Source of the DNA: an uncultured bacterium
GTDB lineage: Bacteria; Actinomycetota; Thermoleophilia; Solirubrobacterales; 70-9
Direction: 5' to 3'
DNA length: 64,000 bases
Assembly: GCA_963724915.1 (NCBI GenBank)
Contig: CAVRWJ010000001.1
Span: 56,677 to 120,676, forward strand
The position numbers and the translations under genes are program-made. The notes beneath the pieces are model-generated. The model had not been told where the DNA came from and made no database searches. It saw only the letters and a list, made by a program, of their open reading frames with translations. Each line of letters starts with the position of its first letter. The first letter of the stretch is position 1. Below, in pieces: positions 12,854-21,352 of the stretch.

Positions 12854-15122
12854 ATGAGCCGCTGCCCGCTCGCTCTCCGGCCTCGTCGGCCGCCACCGCT
12901 GGGCGGTCGGCGGTCTCTGGCTGGTGATCATCGCCGCTGGCGCTGCCGTTCGCCGCCAAGCAGACGGAGAACCTCACGGGCGGCGGGTTCGAGGTGCCCG
13001 GCTCCGAATCGGCCGCGGTCGAGCGCGTGATGGAGGCGGACTACGCCGAACAGGCCGGCCGCGACTCGGTCGGCGCGGTGCTGCGTGCCGAGCCCGGGCG
13101 CGACGCCGGCGCAGGCCGACGCCGCGGTCAACCGGCTCGCCGAATCCGTCGGCGGGCGTCGAGAACCTGACGCTGACCGACCGGTCGGCGGCGGCCGCCC
13201 GCGAGCAGCTCGGCGAAGAGGGCGTCGCCGTCGTGCTCAATCCAGGCCACCGCCAACGTCTCCGAGCAGATCGACGCCGCCGTCGAGCTGCGCGAGGACA
13301 TCGCCCCCGGTGAGACGGTCGACGGCGTCACGCCGTACCTCGTCGGCCAGCCGACGGCCTGGGCGGGGCTGCAGGAGCTCTCCAAGGAGGACCTCGAGAG
13401 CGCCGAGATGACCGGGTTCCCGATCGTCGCGCTGATCCTGATCGCCGCGTTCGGCTCGCTGGCAGCGGCCGCGTTGCCGCTGGCGCTCGGCTTCGTCGCG
13501 GTGATGGTCACCGGCGCGGTCATCTTCTTCCTCTCGACCACGATGGAGATGTCGGTGTTCGTGACCAACATGGCCTCGATGATCGGCATCGGCGTGGCGG
13601 TCGACTACTCGCTGTTCGTGCTCGCCCGCTACCGCGAGGAGGTGCGCCGCGGCCGCCCGGCCAACGAGGCGCGCGACGCGGCGCTGTCCACATCGGGGCT
13701 TTCCGTGTTCTTCTCTGGCCTGGCCGTGATCATCTCGCTAGCGGGGATCTGGATGGTGGACAACCAGGCCCTGCGCTCGATGGCGCTCGGGGCGATGATC
13801 GTCGTCGGCATCGCGATCGTCGCCGCCGTGATCCTGCTGCCGGCCCTGATCAGCCTGCTGGGCCATCGCGTCGAGGCCGGCGGGGTCGCGTGGCGCGCGG
13901 GCCGCTTCGTGCGCCGCGCGACCGTCGAGCGCCGGCGCCGTCCGGGAGCCAGCAGGCCCGACCCGGAGTCGACCTTCTGGCACCGCTGGACCGCCCGGGT
14001 CATGCGCCGTCCCGGGCTCTCCGATCGCGCTCAGCGCCGGCCTGCTGCTGTTCCTCGCGATTCCGGCGCTCTCGATGAAGATGGGCACCGGCGCGCTCGA
14101 CCAGTTCCCGGCCGACCACGACGTCGTCGTCGGCGTCGAGCTGATGAACGAGGCGACCGGCGGCGGCGCCGACCCGATCCGGGTGATCGCCGAGTTCGAG
14201 TCGGAGGGGGCGGCGATCGCCAACGCGAACGCCGACTCGCTTGCGGCGCTGCGAACCGACTTCGCGCGTGACTCCGCCGTCGCCTCGGTCGCCGACTGGC
14301 AGCCGTCGTCCAACGGGAGCACGGCGCTCCTCGACGTCTTCCCCCGTGGCGCCGGCGACTCCGATCAGACCTTCGCGCTGGTGGACAGGGCGCGCGAGCA
14401 GATCAGTCCCGTCCAGCCAGCTCGTCGTCGAGGGCTCCGCGCAGGTCCAGGCCGGCGGGGAGTCCGCGCGGATCGTCGACGTGCGCGAGCTGATCTCGGG
14501 ATCGATGTGGAAGATCCTGCTGTTCATCCTCGGCCTCTCGTTCGTCGTCCTGATGGTGATGCTCCGCTCGCTGCTGCTGCCGCTGAAGGCGGTGGTGATG
14601 AACCTGCTCTCGATCGGTGCGGCCTACGGCGTGCTGGTGGCCGTGTTCCAGTGGGGCTGGCTCGACGGCTTCCTGGGGTTCCAATCGAACGGCGCGCTCG
14701 ACACGATCAACGTGCCGCTGATCCTCGCCGTCGTCTTCGGCCTGTCGATGGACTACGAGGTGTTCCTGCTCTCGCGCATCCGCGAGCGCTACCAAGCGCA
14801 CGGCGACAACCGCCGCGCCGTGGCCGAGGGCCTCGCCTCGAGCGCGCCGACGATCTCGTCGGCGGCGCTGATCATGACCGCGGTCTTCACTGTCTTCGTC
14901 TTCACCGGCGTCCCCTCGATCAAGGAACTGGGCCTCGGCAACGCGGTCGCGATCGCGCTCGACGCGACGCTGGTACGCCTCGTCCTCGTGCCCGCGACGA
15001 TGCAGCTGATGGGCAAGTGGAACTGGTGGCTCCCGGGCTGGCTCGACCGCCTGCTGCCCGACCTGGGCTTCGAGCGCTACGAGGAGCCTGACAAGTCGGC
15101 GCCGGCGCCGGCGCGAGCCTGA
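12854..15122 (+). pseudogene. MMPL-family (RND superfamily) membrane transporter (several frame breaks)
   Basis: Two MMPL halves: MTGFPIVALILIAAFGSLAAAALPLALGFVAV...GIGVAVDYSLFVLARYREE and LLPLKAVVMNLLSIGAAYGVLV...VFGLSMDYEVFLLSRIRE...LVPATMQLMGKWNWWLP. The N-terminus RWAVGGLWLVII lies near 12900. Confidence 0.85.
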
Positions 15123-15136
15123 CTCGACGAGGTGTC

Positions 15137-15661
15137 GTGGCCGACGCGACCGAGAGCGAGCGGCGCCGGCGCCGCAACGCACTCCTCGGGTCGGCCCTCT
15201 TCTTCGCCGTCGCGCCGGCCATGGTCGCCGGGATGATCCCGGGGCTGATCACCGGCTGGGAGGTCGATGAGCGCCTGCCGGCGGCGCTACGAGCGCTCGG
15301 CGCAACCGTGGGCCTGCTCGGCGTTGTGTTCCTGCTTCACGCTTTCGGGCGCTTCGCGCTCGAGGGCCTCGGGACGCCCGCGCCAGTGGCGCCGACCCGG
15401 CGGCTCGTCGTCGGCGGGATCTACCGCTTCGTGCGGAATCCGATGTACCTCGCGGTCCTGAGCGCGATCGGCGGCCAGGCGCTTCTGTTCGGAAGCGTGG
15501 AGCTCGTCGCGTATGGCGCGGTCGTCGCAATCGTCTTCGTGGCGTTCGTCCGCATCTATGAGGAGCCGACGCTCCACTCGCAATACGGCGACGAGTACGA
15601 GCGCTACCGGCGGGCCGTACCGGGCTGGCTGCCGCGGCTCACGCCATGGAACGGGCCCTGA
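15137..15661 (+). CDS. isoprenylcysteine carboxyl methyltransferase (ICMT)/phospholipid methyltransferase family membrane protein
   Basis: Intact 174-aa ORF with motif GGIYRFVRNPMYLAVL...YEEPTLHSQYGDEYERYRRAVPGWLP and multiple TM segments. Confidence 0.75.
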   Translation: MADATESERRRRRNALLGSALFFAVAPAMVAGMIPGLITGWEVDERLPAALRALGATVGLLGVVFLLHAFGRFALEGLGTPAPVAPTRRLVVGGIYRFVRNPMYLAVLSAIGGQALLFGSVELVAYGAVVAIVFVAFVRIYEEPTLHSQYGDEYERYRRAVPGWLPRLTPWNGP

Positions 15662-15765
15662 CCGGCCGCCGGATCACCGAGCGTCGACTTAGTTTCGCCT
15701 CAGGCCAGTTTGTCGACGCTCGATGTGCGCTCAAGCGCTGAGCGCGTCGTGCCGACCAGATCCCC

Positions 15766-16893
15766 GTGGGAATCGAGTCAGGCGCGGGGGACAGGAGCGG
15801 CGAGCCGCATGGGCTCGGTGGCGCCTCGACGCCGCCACCCGGGGCGCCCGCCCCCTACGGCGCGAGCGGAGCCGGCCCGCCCGCCGGCCCGCCCGCCGGC
15901 CCGCCTGCCGTCGTCGAGGATCTGCGCTCGGTAGACAACCTGCGGATCGGAGCGCGGTTCTGCGACCTGATCCTGTTCGTGGGCGCCTACGTCGTCGTGG
16001 CGTTGATCGGCGGTGGCCTGGAGCGGTGGGAGTGGGTCGCGCTGCTCTGGGCGGAGGTCACGTACTTCTTCGTCTGCGAGGCCGTCTGGGGACAGACGAT
16101 CGGCAAGCGCCAGTACGGAGTCCGCGTGGTGCTGCGCGACGGCGGACGCCCCAGCCTGAACGCGATCGCGGCGCGCAATGTGATCCGCGTCTTCGAGGAG
16201 CCCCTGATCGCCCTGTTCGTGCTCGTCGGCAGCCGCTCCCGGCGCCAACGCGTTGGCGATCTCGTGGCGGGCACGATCGTCACACGCGCGGAGGAGCCGC
16301 CCCGGCCTGAGCTCAGCCGGCGCGTCCTCGCCTATCCGGCGATCTGGGCGGTCGGCGCGCTCGTCTTCGTGCTCGCCGCCGGTGCCGGCTCATCGCGCGG
16401 CCCGGCGCCTCCCGGGGACGCCCGGGCCGGCGGCTACTACCCGCCGGCGCCGTCGCTCGCCGTGGGAATGACCTCGGACTGGCGCGCGTTCGCCGACCAG
16501 GTGGATCGCATCTGCGCGTACAACTTCAACCGCGCGATGGCCGGGGAGGCGCAGATCGAGCAGAGCCTCCGCGGCGCGAACGGCGACCGGATCGAGGCTG
16601 CGATCCACTACAACTGGGCGGCCGCGCAGAGGGCGACCTTCGAGATGGTGGGCGAGCTCGGCCGGCCCCCGTCGGAGCCGGGGCTGCTTCAGCAGTGGCG
16701 CCAGAACGTGCGCCTGCGCGGGACGCTGTTCGAGCGCGCGGGTGACGCCTGGCTGCGGCGCGACGGCGCCGGCTCGGCCGCCATCCACGCGCGGATGGAT
16801 CGGCTCAAGATCAGGGCCAACCAGCTCGGCCAGCGCTTCGGCCTGCGGATCTGCACGTCGAACGGGCCGGGTCGTCCGCCTGTGGACGCCTGA
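15766..16893 (+). CDS. RDD-family membrane protein with Pro-rich N-terminus and an extra C-terminal helical domain
   Basis: Intact 375-aa ORF. RDD core: GARFCDLILF...GQTIGKRQYGVRVV...RNVIRVFE...RRQRVGDLVAGTIV. N-terminal (GPPA)x3 is encoded by a 12-bp triple repeat at about 15873-15908. Confidence 0.7.
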   Translation: MGIESGAGDRSGEPHGLGGASTPPPGAPAPYGASGAGPPAGPPAGPPAVVEDLRSVDNLRIGARFCDLILFVGAYVVVALIGGGLERWEWVALLWAEVTYFFVCEAVWGQTIGKRQYGVRVVLRDGGRPSLNAIAARNVIRVFEEPLIALFVLVGSRSRRQRVGDLVAGTIVTRAEEPPRPELSRRVLAYPAIWAVGALVFVLAAGAGSSRGPAPPGDARAGGYYPPAPSLAVGMTSDWRAFADQVDRICAYNFNRAMAGEAQIEQSLRGANGDRIEAAIHYNWAAAQRATFEMVGELGRPPSEPGLLQQWRQNVRLRGTLFERAGDAWLRRDGAGSAAIHARMDRLKIRANQLGQRFGLRICTSNGPGRPPVDA

Positions 16894-16894
16894 C

Positions 16895-17695
16895 TTAGTC
16901 GATCAGGGGCACGACCAGGTTCCGGTACCGGTCCTGGCCCGAGCGGTTCGGGTGGTACGACTCGCTCACCGGGTTCGAGAGGCCGTTGATCCATTCGGGC
17001 GAGTCGCAGACGGCGTGCCCGACGAACGACGGGATCGGGTCGACGTAGGCGAACCCGTAGGCGAGCGCGCGGCCGCGCGTGACGCTCGCCAGCAGGTCGG
17101 CGGTGTCGTTCAGCTCGACCTGCTCCCCGGGGCTGATCCGCGAGGCGGCGTTGCACGTGTCGCGCTCGTTGAAGATCCGCGGGTAGCCGACCACCGCCAC
17201 GATCGCGTTCGGCGCGCGGGAGTCGATCTGCGAATAGACGGCGTTGAGCCGGCCGGGGAGCGTGTTCTGGATGTAGGCCTGAGCGTTGTCGATGTCACCC
17301 CAGCAGGTCCACGGCCAGGGCCTCGCGCACGACGTGATCACGCTCGAGAAGCCGGCGTCGTTGCCGCCGATCGAGATCGTGGCGCGGGTCGTGGAGGCGT
17401 TCAGCGGCCCGAGCTGGTTGTTGATCACGTCCTGGGTCTTGGCGCCCGAGCAGGCGACGAACGTCAGCGGCAGGCCGAGCTGGGCGGCGGCCTCGGCCGG
17501 GTAGGCGTGTGGGCTGCGCTGGCAGGAGCCGCTGTTCGCGTAGTACTCGCGGGTGCCGACGCCGGACGAGTACGAGTCGCCCATCGCGACGTAGCTCGCG
17601 GCCTGCGCCCCGGCCGGCGCGATCCAGACGGCGGCGAGCGCTCCGGCGAGCGCGACGAGGTGACGGACACGTACGAACGCAGACGCAGCGACCAC
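16895..17695 (-). CDS. secreted SGNH/GDSL-family hydrolase (lipase/esterase)
   Basis: Intact 266-aa ORF with a signal-like N-terminus, block I YVAMGDSYSSG, block III SIGGNDAGF, and block V HPNRSGQ. Confidence 0.85.
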   Translation of the reverse strand: MVAASAFVRVRHLVALAGALAAVWIAPAGAQAASYVAMGDSYSSGVGTREYYANSGSCQRSPHAYPAEAAAQLGLPLTFVACSGAKTQDVINNQLGPLNASTTRATISIGGNDAGFSSVITSCARPWPWTCWGDIDNAQAYIQNTLPGRLNAVYSQIDSRAPNAIVAVVGYPRIFNERDTCNAASRISPGEQVELNDTADLLASVTRGRALAYGFAYVDPIPSFVGHAVCDSPEWINGLSNPVSESYHPNRSGQDRYRNLVVPLID

Positions 17696-17772
17696 GGCGA
17701 CTCCTCCTAACCCGTTGACCCGCGGCTATTCCTACCCCGCGCCCCGGACGCGTGTCAACCCCGCCAGCAACC

Positions 17773-17819
17773 GCGAGCGACGGAAAACCGGACACTATGT
17801 CCGGAAATCCGTCGTTCGC
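17773..17819. repeat. 47-nt imperfect palindrome (22-nt arms around CTA), copy 1 of 2
   Basis: GCGAGCGACGGAAAACCGGACA-CTA-TGTCCGGAAATCCGTCGTTCGC. 40 of 47 positions are identical to 56945-56991, and the two share the exact 21-mer CCGGACACTATGTCCGGAAAT. Confidence 0.8.
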
Positions 17820-17842
17820 GAGACGCGGCGCCGCGGCCCGCG

Positions 17843-19144
17843 CTACGGGAGCGGCTTCGAGCGGCGGCGCGGGAAGAGCTTCAGGAACGTGCGCACCTTG
17901 CGCGGCGAGCCGCGGAAGCGCAGGCGGCGGCGCAGCATCGCGCTGCGCGGGTCGAGGGCGCCCTTCGACACGGCGATCCAGTCGCCCCAGGTCGCCCGCC
18001 AGGTGACGTCGGCGCCCGGGGCGACGCCGGGCTCGGCCCGAGTCGAGCCGTTCGCGACCACCACGTGCCACGGATCCGCGTCGTCGAAGTCCCACTGGAT
18101 CGTGAACGGGTTGCCGTTCACGACGCTGGTGTCGGCCGAGTTCGCGATCACGTCGAAATAGAGGCGCTGGATCTCGGGCGACGAGTCGGGGTGGGGGTGG
18201 GGCTCGCCCATCACGCGCGACTCGAGCAGCTTGATCTGCCGGCTCGCGATCTCCTCGGGCGGCAGCGAGTGGTCGACCGGGAAGACGCCCGGCATGTCCT
18301 CCATCGGGTAGCCGATCGCGCGCCACTTGGTCAGGACCGACTTCATCCCGAACGCGAAGATGTCCTCCATCTCGAACCCGTAGCAGCGGGTGTACTCGCG
18401 GTTGAGGCCGCCGGGCGGCACGAACACCGCCAGCGAGAAGGGCATGATCTCGAGCAGCAGCTCGCGCACGGCGGCCTTGCACTCGTCCGACTCGGCGAGC
18501 AGCTCGGTCAGCACCTTGACCCCGAAGCCGATGTGGCGCTGCTCGTCGCGCGAGACGTTCTCCATGCCGGCAGAGAACCCGGGCATCGTCCCGGCCTTCG
18601 CGAAGTAGTCCTCGATGAAGTGCTGGCCCGGCTGCGCCAGCGTCGCCTCGACCACCAGGTGGTAGAGCGCGATCGCCTGCGCGAACTTGGGCAGCGAGCG
18701 GTCCTTGCGCAGCTCGTCGGCCATCGTGTCGAGGCGCGCGAAGACGTTCCGGTAGCCCCAGCCCAGCTGGGACTCGGTGAACTTGAGGGTGGCGCCGACG
18801 TCGTCACCCGCGCCGATCACCTCCTTGAAGAAGCGATGGAAGAACACGGCGTGGCGCGCCTCGTCGACCTGCTGCGTCGCGAGGAAGTACTTCTGCTCCT
18901 CCTTCGGCGCCGCATCGATGTAGGGGGAGAGGTTGTCGGTGACCGAGTCCTCGCCGAAGAAGAACATCGAGTAGATCCACAGGGCGGACTCGCGCTGGAG
19001 GTCGGTGAGGCCGTTCCAGCCCTCGCGGTCCTGCGAGAAGTCGATGTCGTAGGCGCTCCAGTTGCTCTGTTCCCAGCGCCTGTAGAGGTCCTCGTAGGAG
19101 ATCGTCGCTCCCGCCCTGATCCCGTCGTGCTGCGCAACGCTCAT
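17843..19144 (-). CDS. R2-like ligand-binding oxidase (ferritin-like di-metal carboxylate protein, RNR-R2 fold) fused to a C-terminal SCP2 lipid-binding domain
   Basis: Intact 433-aa ORF. Six metal ligands are in R2 spacing (E65, E95-x-x-H98 in VDEARH, E166, E201-x-x-H204 in DEQRH), with Phe at H98+4 where class Ia R2 has the radical Tyr. The C-terminus is ...FTIQWDFDDADPWHVVVANGSTRAEPG...ADVTWRATWGDWIAVSKGALDPRSAMLRRRLRFRGSPRKVRTFLKLFP (SCP2 pattern). Confidence 0.8.
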   Translation of the reverse strand: MSVAQHDGIRAGATISYEDLYRRWEQSNWSAYDIDFSQDREGWNGLTDLQRESALWIYSMFFFGEDSVTDNLSPYIDAAPKEEQKYFLATQQVDEARHAVFFHRFFKEVIGAGDDVGATLKFTESQLGWGYRNVFARLDTMADELRKDRSLPKFAQAIALYHLVVEATLAQPGQHFIEDYFAKAGTMPGFSAGMENVSRDEQRHIGFGVKVLTELLAESDECKAAVRELLLEIMPFSLAVFVPPGGLNREYTRCYGFEMEDIFAFGMKSVLTKWRAIGYPMEDMPGVFPVDHSLPPEEIASRQIKLLESRVMGEPHPHPDSSPEIQRLYFDVIANSADTSVVNGNPFTIQWDFDDADPWHVVVANGSTRAEPGVAPGADVTWRATWGDWIAVSKGALDPRSAMLRRRLRFRGSPRKVRTFLKLFPRRRSKPLP

Positions 19145-19154
19145 TCAAAATCCT

Positions 19155-19199
19155 CCCTTACCAGGGGGGCAAACCTGCTTTCGCGCCAAAAGTCGCTCA
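19155..19199. repeat. ~45-nt conserved intergenic element, copy 1 of 2
   Basis: CCCTTACCAGGGGGGCAAAC-ctg-CTTTCGCGCCA-aaagtCGCTCA. The exact 20-mer and 11-mer blocks are shared with 53357-53400. Confidence 0.8.
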
Positions 19200-19236
19200 T
19201 TAGACACACTCCTGGTTCGTGGCCTCGGCGCGAGTG

Positions 19237-19258
19237 TAACTGACCGATGGGTCAGTTA
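19237..19258. promoter_or_regulatory. perfect palindrome TAACTGACC-gatg-GGTCAGTTA, candidate TetR operator in the divergent R2lox/TetR promoter region
   Basis: Read directly from the sequence. The arms are exact reverse complements. The palindrome lies 15 nt upstream of the TetR GTG (19273) and about 95 nt upstream of the R2lox start. Confidence 0.5.
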
Positions 19259-19272
19259 GTAGGCTCAATTCT

Positions 19273-19917
19273 GTGACGGAGGACACACAGGCGGCGCCGC
19301 GCCGCCGGCTCTCGGCGTCCGACCGGCGGGCGGCGATCCTGGACGACGCGCTCGAGGTTTTCTCCGAGCGCGGGTTCAACGAGGCCTCGCTCGACGACGT
19401 GGCGGCCCGCGGCGGCATCTCGAAGGCGCTGATCTACGAGCACTTCACCTCGAAGCGCGAGCTCCAGATCGCGCTGCTCGACAGCTTCGTGCACGAGCTG
19501 ATCGAGCGCGTTGTCGGCGCGATCGCCGGTGCGCAGGAGAACGAGGACCGCTTGCGCGCCGGGATCGAGGCGTTCCTGGAGTTCGCCGAGGAGCGGCCCG
19601 CCGCCCTGCGGCTGCTGACCCGCAACGTCTCCGATCCCGACGCGGGGGAGGCGCTCGACCGCCTGCGCGAGGAGGCCGCCGGCGCCGTGGCCTCGATGAT
19701 GGTCGCCGACGCGCCGCCGCCCCAGCCCGGCGATCTGGCGGTTGAGGACACGTCGGCCGTCCTCGCTCACCTGATCGCGGGAGGCATCCAGTTCATGGCC
19801 GGCTGGTGGCTCGAGAACCCGCGGGGCCTCCCGCGCGAGAGCGTGGTCGAGGTCGCGATGGGCCTCTACTGGCTCGGCCTCGAGCGCCTCGGCGAGGGCG
19901 AGCGCTGGGGCCGTTAG
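19273..19917 (+). CDS. TetR family transcriptional regulator
   Basis: Intact 214-aa ORF: RRAAILDDALEVFSERGFNEASLDDVAARGGISKALIYEHFTSKRELQ (TetR HTH). Confidence 0.9.
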   Translation: MTEDTQAAPRRRLSASDRRAAILDDALEVFSERGFNEASLDDVAARGGISKALIYEHFTSKRELQIALLDSFVHELIERVVGAIAGAQENEDRLRAGIEAFLEFAEERPAALRLLTRNVSDPDAGEALDRLREEAAGAVASMMVADAPPPQPGDLAVEDTSAVLAHLIAGGIQFMAGWWLENPRGLPRESVVEVAMGLYWLGLERLGEGERWGR

Positions 19918-20063
19918 GCAGAGTCCGGCGCTTGCGCCGGCCCGCACGAGCAACTACGCTCACCCGCAGCCAGGTACTGGTTGAGATCAGGCTGTCCGGG
20001 GGGACTCCGGCGCCAAATTAGCCGATGACCTTCCGCGCAGCCGTAAGCGCCTCGGAGGTCCCG

Positions 20064-21320
20064 ATGAGCACCACGTCAGGCCGCATCCGCGAGTTCATCC
20101 GCTCGAACATCATGGGCATCCTCGCCCTCTACGTGGCGCTCGGGGGCACCGCGTACGCGACCCACCCGGGCGGCGCCAACACGATCTCGACCGGCGACAT
20201 CATCAACGGCCAGGTGGGGACCGTGGACATCGGCAACGGCCGGATCTTCAACAACGACATCGCCGAGGACGCCATCCAGTCGGGGAGGATCAAGGACAAC
20301 ACGGTCACCGGCGTTGACGTGGACGAGGCGACGCTTGCCGTACCGGACGGGTCGCTGTCGGCGAACGTAGCGAGGTTGAACGCCGTCAGCCAGACGTTCA
20401 CGGGCGCCACCAACTTCGACGGCAACGTCGACGTGGACCTCCTCAGGACCGGCGGCGGCGGCGGGGACTTCTTCGTGCAGACGTCGACGTCACCCGAACC
20501 CTTCTCGTTCGCGCCTCAGTTCAGCGTCCAGTTCGAGAACAACACGACGGGAGGGTTCCAGGGCGCCGGTCGCTTCGAGAACGCCGGCACGAGCGCGGGC
20601 GAGACGGAGTACCTGCTGGAGCTCTTGAACAGCGACAGCGACACAGCGGTCGGCCAGGGTCTCAAGGTGGCTGGGTCGACGGTGACGACGGCTCTGGATG
20701 TGTCCGATGCCGACATCGTCAACGCCCTCAGCATCGGCGCCAACGACATCGTCACCAGCGGCGCGACGATCAGCTCGACCGAGCTGAACGCCCTCGACGA
20801 CGGCATCTCCGCGGATGACATCGGCAATGTGACCCGAAACGTCAACCTGCCCGTCGGATCGTTCCTGAACGTCACCGACACCGAGGCGATCGACTTCGAC
20901 AGCGCCGCCGGCGACGACGACCCGGACTTCGCGCTCGTCAACGGGCACGCGACGCTTGCCTACGACGACGGGGGCGGGGCAGTCACCGACGACGACGAGG
21001 TAGGGGCGAGCTTCACGATCCCTCAGGACTACGCCGGCAACGGAAATGGAGTCTTCTTCCTCCGGGTCACGCAGGGCGGAGCCACCGCGACCAACCTCGA
21101 GGCGATCGAGTGTGACGTCTCCGTAAATGGCGGGCCCGCGGGCGCCCCGGATGACGACGTTCTGGCCAACCAGACGGCCAGCCAGACCGCCCCCGTGATT
21201 CCGCAAGCGATCTATTCCGCCGGTGCCTCGGTATCGGTGAACTGCCGGCAGAGCAACCCGGCGGCGGACGACGGCGTCCGGATCCACGGGATCGACTTCC
21301 ACTACACGGCCGCGCAATGA
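20064..21320 (+). CDS. membrane-anchored hypothetical protein with N-terminal 5/10-residue periodic repeats (paralogue of 63212-64000)
   Basis: Intact ORF (the track starts at 20025; the ATG at 20064 has GGAGG 7 nt upstream). TM segment IMGILALYVALGGTAYA, then TGDIINGQVGTVDIGNGRIFNNDIAEDAIQSGRIKDNTVTGVDVDEATL. Third codon positions look richer in A/T than in the neighbouring genes. Confidence 0.6.
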   Translation: MSTTSGRIREFIRSNIMGILALYVALGGTAYATHPGGANTISTGDIINGQVGTVDIGNGRIFNNDIAEDAIQSGRIKDNTVTGVDVDEATLAVPDGSLSANVARLNAVSQTFTGATNFDGNVDVDLLRTGGGGGDFFVQTSTSPEPFSFAPQFSVQFENNTTGGFQGAGRFENAGTSAGETEYLLELLNSDSDTAVGQGLKVAGSTVTTALDVSDADIVNALSIGANDIVTSGATISSTELNALDDGISADDIGNVTRNVNLPVGSFLNVTDTEAIDFDSAAGDDDPDFALVNGHATLAYDDGGGAVTDDDEVGASFTIPQDYAGNGNGVFFLRVTQGGATATNLEAIECDVSVNGGPAGAPDDDVLANQTASQTAPVIPQAIYSAGASVSVNCRQSNPAADDGVRIHGIDFHYTAAQ

Positions 21321-21352
21321 CCGCCGGGAGGCGCCGCTAGCCTGAACGGACC

